Assembly: GCA_022768825.1 (NCBI GenBank) | Contig: JALEJB010000043.1 | Location: forward strand, 1 to 59,821 | Direction of reading: 5' to 3' | Length of the DNA stretch: 59,821 bases | DNA from: Lachnospiraceae bacterium | GTDB lineage: Bacteria; Bacillota; Clostridia; Lachnospirales; Lachnospiraceae | Shown: piece by piece, positions 50,621 to 59,399 of the stretch | Numbering within the stretch: position 1 is the stretch's first letter | Layout of the letters: the number at the start of each line of letters is the position of its first letter | Made by a program: the position numbers and the translations under genes | The notes under the pieces: generated by a model | Told to the model about the DNA's origin: nothing | The model's database searches: none | The model's input: only the letters and a program-made list of their open reading frames with translations

Positions 50621-50635
50621 ATTTTTCAGAAAATT
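50621..50635. promoter_or_regulatory. CodY box upstream of codY
   Basis: ATTTTTCAGAAAATT, one mismatch to AATTTTCWGAAAATT. Confidence 0.75.
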
Positions 50636-50676
50636 CAATCAAATTATGCGATTTTATTAAAATTATTACATTTTTA

Positions 50677-52755
50677 TTACGATTCCGTCTTTTGTTTTGA
50701 CTCTACATAGCCGCACTGATTGTCTGCGCATACAAGTTTGGCACCTTTTTCTACCATATATCCGCCACAGATCGGACATTTCTTTTCTACCGGCTTTGCC
50801 CAGGACATAAAATCACAGGTCGGATTATCCTCACAACCGTAATAACGTCTGCCTTTCTTGGTCTTGCGAAGGACGATGTCTTTGCCGCATTTCGGACAGG
50901 GCACGCCGATCTTCTCCAGATATGGCTTGGTATTTCTGCATTCCGGGAAGCCCGGGCAGGCAAGGAATTTTCCGTGCGGGCCATATTTGATGACCATATT
51001 CCGACCGCACTCCTCGCAGATCACGTCTGTCTCTTCGTCTGCGATCTCAATCTTTTCCAGCTTCTTTTCTGCCTCCGAGACTGCAGTTTCCAGATCCGGG
51101 TAGAAGTTGCGGATGATCGTCTTCCACTGTACCGTTCCCTCTTCCACTTTATCAAGCAGCGATTCCATATTTGCAGTGAAGTGCTCGTCTACAATGATCT
51201 CAAATGCTTCCATCATGATCGAATTCACCGCATCACCGAGCTCTGTCATATAAAGATTTTTATTTTCCTTCGTGATATAGCGTCTCGCAAGCAGCGTTGT
51301 AATCGTCGGCGCATACGTACTTGGTCGTCCGATTCCATGCTCCTCTAAGGTCTTTACAAGGGATGCTTCCGTAAAATGAGGCAGTGGCTGGGTAAAGTGC
51401 TGTTTTCCGTCCAATTCCTTCAGCGTCAGCTTTGAGCTTTGATCCAAGGTCGTCAGAAGCACATTGCTGTCTTCTTTTTCTTCATCATCTGCCTGATAAA
51501 CAGACTGAAATCCTTCAAACACAAGTTTGGAAGCGGATACATGGAACTTATAGTCGCCTGCCTGTATCTTGACCGATACCGTCTCATAGCTGGCAGCCGC
51601 CATGCGACTCGCCGTAAAACGATTCCAGATCAACTGATAAAGGCGAAACTGATCTCTCGACAAGGAATCCTTGATTTCTGCCGGTGTCCGCGAAATATCT
51701 GTCGGGCGGATCGCTTCGTGCGCATCCTGAATCTTTCCTTTGGATTCCTTCTGCGCAACCTGATCTGCCACATATTTTTCTCCGTATTGCCCGGCAATAT
51801 AGCTTCTTGCCATTGTCTCTGCCTCATCCGACACACGGGTGGAATCCGTACGAAGATAGGTGATCACACCGACCGTTCCCTGTCCTTTGATATCAATACC
51901 CTCGTATAATTGCTGTGCCAGACGCATCGTCTTCTGTGTTGAAAAGTTCAGTCGTTTGGATGCTTCCTGCTGCAGGGTACTCGTTGTAAACGGCAACGGC
52001 GCTTTCTTGACACGATTCCCCTTCTTCACTTCACCGACGGTAAACGCCTCGTTTTTCAATTCCGCTTCAATCGCATCCACGTCTGCTTTTTTTTCAAGCT
52101 CGATCTTTTCTCCGGATTTGCCGTCAAATTTTGCAATGATCGGCTTCTTTTCTCCGGATACATGTAAGACTGCGTCCAATGTCCAGTATTCCTGCGGAAT
52201 AAAATTATCAATCTCGGTCTCCCGGTCACTGATCATACGGAGTGCCACAGACTGCACACGTCCTGCACTTAATCCCCGCTTCACTTTGTTCCACAACACC
52301 GGGCTGATCCGGTATCCGACCATACGGTCTAACATACGTCTTGCCTGTTGTGCGTTGACCAGATTCATGTCGATCTCTCTGGCATTTTTCAAAGATGCCT
52401 TTACCGCGCTCTGCGTGATCTCATTGAAAGTAATACGGAATACTTTTTTGTTTTCCAGCTTCAGCGCATGGTACAGATGCCAGGAAATCGCCTCTCCCTC
52501 ACGATCCGGGTCAGTTGCGAGATAGATTTTTTCTGCTTTTTTTACTTCCTTTCGCAGGTTCGCAAGGATATCTCCTTTTCCACGGATCGTAATATATTTC
52601 GGTTCAAAATCATGCTCTGCGTCAAATCCGAGCTGGCTTTTTGGCAGATCTCTCACATGTCCGTTTGAAGCAGCCACTTCATAATTTTTCCCCAAAAACT
52701 TTTTGATGGTTTTTACTTTCGCAGGTGACTCCACGATGACCAAATACTTTGCCAT
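50677..52755 (-). CDS. topA: DNA topoisomerase I
   Basis: VIVESPAK, ATDPDREGE, ITYLRTDS, C-terminal zinc ribbons. Confidence 0.98.
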   Translation of the reverse strand: MAKYLVIVESPAKVKTIKKFLGKNYEVAASNGHVRDLPKSQLGFDAEHDFEPKYITIRGKGDILANLRKEVKKAEKIYLATDPDREGEAISWHLYHALKLENKKVFRITFNEITQSAVKASLKNAREIDMNLVNAQQARRMLDRMVGYRISPVLWNKVKRGLSAGRVQSVALRMISDRETEIDNFIPQEYWTLDAVLHVSGEKKPIIAKFDGKSGEKIELEKKADVDAIEAELKNEAFTVGEVKKGNRVKKAPLPFTTSTLQQEASKRLNFSTQKTMRLAQQLYEGIDIKGQGTVGVITYLRTDSTRVSDEAETMARSYIAGQYGEKYVADQVAQKESKGKIQDAHEAIRPTDISRTPAEIKDSLSRDQFRLYQLIWNRFTASRMAAASYETVSVKIQAGDYKFHVSASKLVFEGFQSVYQADDEEKEDSNVLLTTLDQSSKLTLKELDGKQHFTQPLPHFTEASLVKTLEEHGIGRPSTYAPTITTLLARRYITKENKNLYMTELGDAVNSIMMEAFEIIVDEHFTANMESLLDKVEEGTVQWKTIIRNFYPDLETAVSEAEKKLEKIEIADEETDVICEECGRNMVIKYGPHGKFLACPGFPECRNTKPYLEKIGVPCPKCGKDIVLRKTKKGRRYYGCEDNPTCDFMSWAKPVEKKCPICGGYMVEKGAKLVCADNQCGYVESKQKTES

Positions 52756-52785
52756 GTATCCTCTTCCTTTCAATTCCGGTAAAAA

Positions 52786-53853
52786 TTAATTTCTGATTCT
52801 GTAATAATTCTGATATGCTTCCTCCGCAAAACCCCGTTCTTCCAGGGCAAAAATCACCTCTGTCAGACGGAGCAGATCCATGCCGGTTTTCTGTGCCAGT
52901 TCCTCAATGGACTTCGGATGCAAATCAAGGGTACTATACACCAACAATTCTTCTTTTTCAAGTAAAACTTGTTTTTTACTTTCAGAAAGTGACAACTCCT
53001 CCAGCAGATCCTGTGGCGAAAGCAGGATTCCCGCGCCCTGTTTGATCAACCGGTTACAGCCCGCACTGAGGCTGTCGTAGATGCTTCCCGGCAGGGCAAA
53101 TACATCTTTTCCCTGATCCAGCGCATAATCTGCCGTGATCAAAGATCCGCTTTTTTCTTTTGCTTCTATAATAATGACCACATCACTGAGGGCGGAAATG
53201 ATCCGGTTTCGCATCGGAAAAAATCCGGGCTGCGGTGCCATATCCGGAGGATATTCCGACAGGATTCCTCCATGCTTTGCAATCTGTTCATACAATTCCC
53301 AGTTTTCCGGCGGATAGACGATATTGACTCCGCAGCCCAGCACTGCATATGTGCGTCCGCCCGCCAGAAGTGCCCCTCGGTGTCCCATGCTGTCGATTCC
53401 TCTTGCCATCCCGCTGATCAGATTTACTCCGGCCTCTGCCAGTTTTTTTCCAAACTCCTGCGCTGCTTTTTTTCCATAAGGAGAACAATTCCTTGCGCCG
53501 ACGATGGCTGCCGATTTTTCTTTTTCGTCCGGCAATTCACCTATGACATAGATTGCGTAAGGCATGTCATAAATATGTCGCAGTTTTTTGGGATATTTTT
53601 GGTTTTCCATCGAATAAAACTGTATTCCTCGCTCTAAGAACTGCTCCCATTGACCGTCAACATCCCAGTTTTTTTTACTTTTTACGATCAGATCGGCAGT
53701 TTTTTCCGTCAGGTTATGGATATGGAGCAGTTGTCCGGGCCCCAGCTCATAGATCTCTCTCGCATTGTCACAATATTTATATAATTGATGAATGGTTTTT
53801 ATACCTACTCCCGAAATATTCGCAAGCCAATACGCATACTTTTGTTCCTCCAT
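52786..53853 (-). CDS. dprA: DNA processing protein DprA
   Basis: AIVGAR, SGMARGID, FPMRNRIIS, SGSLIT. Confidence 0.96.
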   Translation of the reverse strand: MEEQKYAYWLANISGVGIKTIHQLYKYCDNAREIYELGPGQLLHIHNLTEKTADLIVKSKKNWDVDGQWEQFLERGIQFYSMENQKYPKKLRHIYDMPYAIYVIGELPDEKEKSAAIVGARNCSPYGKKAAQEFGKKLAEAGVNLISGMARGIDSMGHRGALLAGGRTYAVLGCGVNIVYPPENWELYEQIAKHGGILSEYPPDMAPQPGFFPMRNRIISALSDVVIIIEAKEKSGSLITADYALDQGKDVFALPGSIYDSLSAGCNRLIKQGAGILLSPQDLLEELSLSESKKQVLLEKEELLVYSTLDLHPKSIEELAQKTGMDLLRLTEVIFALEERGFAEEAYQNYYRIRN

Positions 53854-53855
53854 AC

Positions 53856-55385
53856 CTACCCCTCCCAATATTTCTTATCCAGACTCCGATAGCTCACCGC
53901 TTCAATCAGATGTCTTTTTGTTATCTGTTCTTCTCCATCCAGATCTGCAATGGTTCTTGCAACCCTTAATATCTTATGATAGCTTCGGGCAGACAAGTCC
54001 AGTTTTTCAAATATTTTTGCCATAAATTGCTTTTCAGAACTGCCGAGTCCACAGTATTTCTCCATTGCGGACGTAGGGATCTGGCTGTTAAAATACCAGA
54101 CTTCTCCCGCAAACCGTTCCTTTTGCAGTTCATGTGCCCGAAGCACCCGCTTTCGTATCCTGTCAGATGATTCATTATTCTGCGAACTCACCAAATCATC
54201 AAATCCGACCTGTTTTGCTTCTGCGCAAATGTCGATGCGGTCTAACAGTGGCTGGCTGATTCTGGATAAATACTGTCTGATCGCCGTTTTCGAGCAACGG
54301 CATCGGTTCATATCCGGAAAAAAACCGCATTTACACGGATTCATCGCGCACACCAGAAGTACCTTTGACGGAAAGCAAACCGATGATGAGACTCTCGAGA
54401 TCGTGATGATCCCATCTTCTAACGGCTGACGCAACACTTCCAGAGTCGTCTTGTGAAATTCCGGCAATTCATCCAGAAACAGTACCCCACGATGTGCCAG
54501 AGAGATCTCACCCGGCTTCGGATACACACCGCCCCCGGCCAGTCCCTGCATACTGATCGTATGATGTGGAGCACGAAACGGACGCTCCTCGATCAAGGTG
54601 CCCTTTTTGCGCATCATGCCGCAGGCACTGTATATTTTTGACACCTCCATCTGTTCGTCAAATTCCATCGGTGGCAGAATCCCCGGTATGCGTTTTGCCA
54701 CCATAGATTTTCCTGCACCGGGCGGTCCGATCATGAGCAGATGATGCATTCCGCTGACACTGATCTCACAGGCACGACGCAGCATCGGCTGCCCATTGAC
54801 ATCTGCAAAATCAGGTATCACACCGTCATGTCCTGCCATATTATTATTTTTGATTTCCGGGGTTGTTGGAATGATATTTCCATGAAAATATTCCAGACAG
54901 TTTTTGAGATTTGAGACCGGAATCAGCTCCAGACCCTGTACCAGCATCGCCTCTGAATAATTATCCACAGGGATCATACATCTGTTGAAGCCCTCTTCTT
55001 TTGCCTTGCATACGATCGAAAGCATGCCGTCAATCGGTAAAACATCTCCATTCAGGCCCAGTTCGCCAATCACAAGCAGCCGGTCAAGCAACCGATCTTC
55101 TACGATACCCAGCGCACCGAGAATCGCAACCGTGATCGGAAGGTCAAAGCCATTTCCCACTTTCCGGACATTTGCCGGTGAAAGATTCACGGTAATCCGT
55201 TTTGCAGGCAGATGAAATCCACAGTTTTTCAATGCTGTCCGCACACGCTCCTTGGATTCCCTCACCTCTGCCGCGAGAAATCCCACCATATCAAATACAG
55301 GCAGTCCGTCACTGACATCTGCCTCTACCTGCACAAAAAAGCCTTCAATTCCGTTTAAAATCGCAGTCGTAACAATACTATACAA
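53856..55385 (-). CDS. comM: YifB/ComM Mg-chelatase-like AAA+ ATPase
   Basis: RITVNLSPA, GPPGAGKS, LFLDELPEF, PLLDRID; precedes dprA. Confidence 0.93.
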   Translation of the reverse strand: MYSIVTTAILNGIEGFFVQVEADVSDGLPVFDMVGFLAAEVRESKERVRTALKNCGFHLPAKRITVNLSPANVRKVGNGFDLPITVAILGALGIVEDRLLDRLLVIGELGLNGDVLPIDGMLSIVCKAKEEGFNRCMIPVDNYSEAMLVQGLELIPVSNLKNCLEYFHGNIIPTTPEIKNNNMAGHDGVIPDFADVNGQPMLRRACEISVSGMHHLLMIGPPGAGKSMVAKRIPGILPPMEFDEQMEVSKIYSACGMMRKKGTLIEERPFRAPHHTISMQGLAGGGVYPKPGEISLAHRGVLFLDELPEFHKTTLEVLRQPLEDGIITISRVSSSVCFPSKVLLVCAMNPCKCGFFPDMNRCRCSKTAIRQYLSRISQPLLDRIDICAEAKQVGFDDLVSSQNNESSDRIRKRVLRAHELQKERFAGEVWYFNSQIPTSAMEKYCGLGSSEKQFMAKIFEKLDLSARSYHKILRVARTIADLDGEEQITKRHLIEAVSYRSLDKKYWEG

Positions 55386-55420
55386 GTATCCTCCTTCCTG
55401 CGTGTCAACGTATGGATCAT

Positions 55421-55457
55421 AAAAAAAGATGGGCTCATTTTAACATGATTCCCATCT
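55421..55457 (-). terminator. probable terminator after the sigK-like gene
   Basis: AGATGGG..TCAT/ATGA..CCCATC followed by a T7 tract. Confidence 0.65.
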
Positions 55458-55482
55458 CATTTCTCGCTTTTTTATACTTTTT

Positions 55483-56112
55483 TTATAGTTTTTCTTCAAA
55501 TCCGACCCGCAGCTTTTCCAAAGCACGCTTTTCAAGCCGGCTGACGTAGGATCGCGAGATGCCAAAATTCGCCGCAATCTCTCTCTGCGTCAGAGCTTTC
55601 CCACCACCAATTCCGTATCGGTGCATCAAAATTTCCTGTTCTCTGTCATTTAATACCTGCGGCCAGATTTCCTTGAGCTTTTTCAAATTTTGTTTGAGTT
55701 CCAGATCTGCGACCACATCAATCTCATCCACCTGAAGCACATCAAAGATTGAGATCGTGTTTCCTTCCTTGTCGGTTCCGACCGGCTCGTAAATGGACAC
55801 TTCCCTGGCGATCTTCTTTTTATTTCTGAAATACATAAAGAGTTCATTCTCAATGCATCTCGCTGCATACGTAGATAAACGATTTCCCTTATTGGGACAA
55901 AATGTATCAACCGCCTTGATCAAACCGATAGTGCCGATTGAGATCAACTCGCTTTGGTCTTCGCCCATACAGGAATGTTTTTTCACAATATGTGCAACCA
56001 GACGCATATTATGTTCTACCAGACGCCTCCGATCCTCCAGACTGCCGCTTTTCATTCGTTCCACGCATGCATTTTCTTCCTGAAGGGTAAGTGGTGGCAG
56101 AAACGCTTTCAC
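55483..56112 (-). CDS. sigK: sporulation sigma factor, SigK-like, no pro-sequence
   Basis: HNMRLVAHIVKK, SIGTIGLIKAV, TYAARCIENE, ISRSYVSRLEK. Confidence 0.8.
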   Translation of the reverse strand: MKAFLPPLTLQEENACVERMKSGSLEDRRRLVEHNMRLVAHIVKKHSCMGEDQSELISIGTIGLIKAVDTFCPNKGNRLSTYAARCIENELFMYFRNKKKIAREVSIYEPVGTDKEGNTISIFDVLQVDEIDVVADLELKQNLKKLKEIWPQVLNDREQEILMHRYGIGGGKALTQREIAANFGISRSYVSRLEKRALEKLRVGFEEKL

Positions 56113-56145
56113 AGGCTAATCTCCAAATTCTACTGCGTTTCTTTT

Positions 56146-56174
56146 ATTGTATGAGAAAAAAACCGCCGCTGTGC
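56146..56174 (-). promoter_or_regulatory. mother-cell (SigE/SigK-type) promoter
   Basis: GCACA-N16-CATACAAT. Confidence 0.6.
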
Positions 56175-56187
56175 CTTTCCAACTCGA

Positions 56188-56727
56188 TTACTTTTTCAAA
56201 ACAACATGTCTGATATAGGAAAAGGTCTCATCCTCTCCTTTTTCTTTGATCATGACAAGCAATTCTTCCAATAAAGCTCTGGTGTTTGGATGAAGAATAT
56301 GATGACTCTTCTTTAACTCATAATATTCCAACGGTGAGGCATCGGTGTACTTCTCGCCCTTATAGATCTTGGAGGCTGCCACACGATCCGCAACCATCTC
56401 ACAGACATATTTTTTCGGCATCTCCATACCTGCAATGTTATGGTCCCCATAAAAGTCATAATCCAGCCAGTACTCCAGATGATGTTTATTTCGCCCTTTA
56501 TGATGAAGCCATGCAGTCGAATATCCGTACTCTGCACGTTCTCCGTTGTGCGGACTTTGATCTTCCATATAATATTTCGCGCCGATGCGAAACTCCGGCC
56601 ATGTATATTTTGACAGGTCATGTGTCAATCCCTGCCAGTAGAGACCCATACGAAAACAATTTTTCCGTACCTGTCTGCGATGCTTATTGACCGTTGCTAA
56701 GTGTTTCATCGCTTTTTGGAATGACAT
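56188..56727 (-). CDS. DUF5662-like HD-domain protein
   Basis: H..HDLSKY..HHKGRNKHH..EMVADR; start behind AAGGAG overlaps the upstream gene (alternative start 56709). Confidence 0.75.
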   Translation of the reverse strand: MSFQKAMKHLATVNKHRRQVRKNCFRMGLYWQGLTHDLSKYTWPEFRIGAKYYMEDQSPHNGERAEYGYSTAWLHHKGRNKHHLEYWLDYDFYGDHNIAGMEMPKKYVCEMVADRVAASKIYKGEKYTDASPLEYYELKKSHHILHPNTRALLEELLVMIKEKGEDETFSYIRHVVLKK

Positions 56728-58645
56728 CTTGTGGCTGCTCCTTTTTCTTTTTGGATTGTTTCTTTGTACAGGCAATCTTGTCTTTTTGGGGAACAACCGT
56801 TCCCTGAAGTACGATCACCGACTCTCCATCCACTTCAATCTGACTTCCCTTCAACACCGCTCCCGATGAGATCAACTCCCATTCAATTTGTGTCCCGACA
56901 GTAGGCAAAGCGAGCTTCACCGCCCCCGACGAAAAGTTCAGTCCGATATATAAATGTTTTTCCTCTCCGCCGTAAGCTCCGCAATACAGGATACCAACCG
57001 CCTGCATGGACGGATAGATCTCACCGGTCCACGCTTTCGCATCATGGTAAGACAGATCCGGCATACCATAGCCCAGATAATCGCTCATCCGAAACGGTTC
57101 CTGCTTTGTCAGTACCGGATGTCTCCTTCGAAAAGCGATCATCCGTTTGACTTCTTCAAAATATTTCTTATTCTGATTGAGTGTTTTCCAATTGACCCAG
57201 CCAATGCGGTTATCCTGGCAGTAAGCATTGTTATTGCCCTGCTGTGAATTACCGAACTCATCGCCTGCCAGCAAAAGCGGCACACCCTGTGAGATCATAA
57301 GAACCGCAATTGCCTCTTTCATGCGCTTGTAGCGCAACTCTAAAATTGCTTTTTTTCTCGTTGCTCCCTCCACGCCACAATTCACACTGAAGTTCCAGTC
57401 GTTGCCGTCTGCCCCTTCTTCACCGTTTGCTTCATTGTGCTTCATACTGTATGAGAACAAATCTGCCAGTGTAAATCCATTGTGGTTTGCAAGATAATTG
57501 ACAAAGCCGATATTGGCATTCTGTTTTTTCATCTGATTCAGCAGATCCATGAGATTGCCGCTCATCTGATTCAGCATTTTTCTGGAAGCATATAAAAACT
57601 CATCGTTGTATACGAACAACCGTGAATGTCCCTGTTTCTGATTCCACACATAATCCGGAAATCGATGATAAAAGATCTTTGTTCTGCGCAGATATACATC
57701 TGTGATCACACTGTCTATTGCACTCTCCCTACACAAAAGATGAAAGCCGTCAACGTGATAGTTTATCACCCAATGGCGCAAGACATCGACAATAAAGTTC
57801 GGATTGACATCATCCGCAAAATGCATCTCCATAACAATTTCAAGATTATTTTCATGAAGCCTTTTGATCAGATCCTTTAATTCTGCGGAAGTCTCTGCCG
57901 TCATGGCATAGCTGGCCTTTGGAGCAAAATAATTGCCCTCGCCATAACCCCAGTAATTAATATCCGGTAGCTGGGCTTCTTTTTCTTCACGCTCTTTTTT
58001 TCTGAGCAGCTGATAGCCTTCGACTGCCTGAGGCGACCAGCCATCATAATCCATATCTTCTTCCGGAAGTGACTTTGGCTGGATCTCTTCAAACTCATAG
58101 ATCGGCATCAGTTCCAGTGTTGTCACCCCCAGATCCTTCAGGTACGGAATCTTTTGTTCGATCCCGGCAAATGTCCCCTTCGACCGTCCTTCAGAGCCAC
58201 CGTCCTTTGTAAATCCGCGTACATGCAGCTTATACATCAGCATTTCATTTGCCGGGATCTCCGGAAAACGGTCGCACTGCCAGTCATATTCGGAAAAATC
58301 AAATCCGGACTGCAGCTTATAATCTTTATTTTTTCTGGAAAAATCCGCCCATTTTTCACGTCCTACAATTTTTCTTGCGTAAGGATCCACCAGCTCTTTT
58401 CCATCAATGATCAGATTATAATTGTATTTTTTCCAATCGAGTCCCTGTATGCCAATAGAACGGACTGCACCGATACAAGATTCTTCCGGCACAGGAATGT
58501 CACGAAACGTTCCGTTTGCTTTCCGTTCATACAAACGAATGGCACACTTCGCTTCCTTTTCTCCCTCAAAGGTAAACACAAGTTCATCATTTATTTTATT
58601 GACGCCAAAAGCGTTATAATTTCCATCAACAATACGTTCCGCCAT
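56684..58645 (-). CDS. GlgX/isoamylase-like GH13 protein with degenerate active site
   Basis: DPYAR, LHVRGFT, NYWGY, KHNEANGE, GDEFGNSQQGNNNAYCQDN; catalytic motifs altered. Confidence 0.88.
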   Translation of the reverse strand: MAERIVDGNYNAFGVNKINDELVFTFEGEKEAKCAIRLYERKANGTFRDIPVPEESCIGAVRSIGIQGLDWKKYNYNLIIDGKELVDPYARKIVGREKWADFSRKNKDYKLQSGFDFSEYDWQCDRFPEIPANEMLMYKLHVRGFTKDGGSEGRSKGTFAGIEQKIPYLKDLGVTTLELMPIYEFEEIQPKSLPEEDMDYDGWSPQAVEGYQLLRKKEREEKEAQLPDINYWGYGEGNYFAPKASYAMTAETSAELKDLIKRLHENNLEIVMEMHFADDVNPNFIVDVLRHWVINYHVDGFHLLCRESAIDSVITDVYLRRTKIFYHRFPDYVWNQKQGHSRLFVYNDEFLYASRKMLNQMSGNLMDLLNQMKKQNANIGFVNYLANHNGFTLADLFSYSMKHNEANGEEGADGNDWNFSVNCGVEGATRKKAILELRYKRMKEAIAVLMISQGVPLLLAGDEFGNSQQGNNNAYCQDNRIGWVNWKTLNQNKKYFEEVKRMIAFRRRHPVLTKQEPFRMSDYLGYGMPDLSYHDAKAWTGEIYPSMQAVGILYCGAYGGEEKHLYIGLNFSSGAVKLALPTVGTQIEWELISSGAVLKGSQIEVDGESVIVLQGTVVPQKDKIACTKKQSKKKKEQPQDVIPKSDETLSNGQ

Positions 58646-58684
58646 AAAAAATCTCTCTTTTCTGTAAAATATAAAAGTATTTCT

Positions 58685-58693
58685 ATTATATCA
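58685..58693 (-). promoter_or_regulatory. extended -10 promoter of the GlgX-like gene
   Basis: TGATATAAT ~40 nt upstream of the ATG. Confidence 0.5.
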
Positions 58694-58727
58694 TTCCCAT
58701 ACTGTTTTGCATACATTTTTTTCATCC

Positions 58728-58757
58728 TTGACAAGAAGTTATATATTTTTCTATAAT
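58728..58757 (+). promoter_or_regulatory. consensus sigma-A promoter
   Basis: TTGACA-N18-TATAAT. Confidence 0.8.
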
Positions 58758-58788
58758 CAAGGTAAAAAAACTTTGGGAGGGCATGATT

Positions 58789-59109
58789 ATGAGCGATCAA
58801 AACAATTTAACATCGGACGAGCTTCTGGATGATCCGGACGATATCCGTGTAACCTTAGAATTAGACGATGAAGAGCTCGAATGCGCAATACTTACCATTT
58901 TTGATGTCGATGACCAGGATTATATCGTTTTGGTCCCGGTAGACGAAAACGACGAGCCCCGGCAGGAGGGCGAGGTATTTATCTACCGCTATTTCGAAGA
59001 CGAAAACGGCAATCCTGCACTTGACAACATTGCAAGCGATGATGAGATGGAAAAAGTATCCGATCGCTTTGATGAATGGCTGGATGAACAGGAGTTTGAA
59101 GAGTTATAA
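58789..59109 (+). CDS. DUF1292-like acidic protein
   Basis: VTLELDD..ILTIFDVDDQDYIVLVP..IYRY; RBS GGGAGG spacing favours the second ATG. Confidence 0.85.
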   Translation: MSDQNNLTSDELLDDPDDIRVTLELDDEELECAILTIFDVDDQDYIVLVPVDENDEPRQEGEVFIYRYFEDENGNPALDNIASDDEMEKVSDRFDEWLDEQEFEEL

Positions 59110-59296
59110 AAAGTGTGCTTTGCACACTTTTTTTGTTTCATAGGAAATTCCGATGGATTTCCTATGAAACAAAAAGGATGCGCACTCGCACGTGTAGAAG
59201 ATGTTGCGTTGCAACCGTGCTCGGCGCGCAAAGTGTTCAAGCCCCTCATGATTGAGGGGTTGGGGGAGTTGACGTGGGTTTGCCCACTTTGTTCAA
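59108..59296. repeat. cluster of five inverted repeats (REP/MITE-like or structured RNA)
   Basis: 11-bp IR 59108-59132, perfect 19-bp IR 59130-59175, smaller IRs at 59203-59215, 59242-59259 and 59274-59287. Confidence 0.7.
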
Positions 59297-59399
59297 TGGA
59301 TATATTTGGAAGAAAAGAATGCACAATTGAAAAAAATGTGATATAATATATGTTGGAATTTTTTTATGATAGTTATGCGATCGAGGATGAGGTGACGAA

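Noticed and set aside
577-58756. Many plus-strand ORFs (e.g. 5037-5657, 26884-27558, 31595-32404, 51860-52525)
   Set aside because: Antisense shadows of well-supported minus-strand genes
59176-59300. 6S RNA
   Set aside because: Contains a TTGAAC/GTTCAA word but folds as separate short hairpins, with no long closing stem or central bubble that I can see
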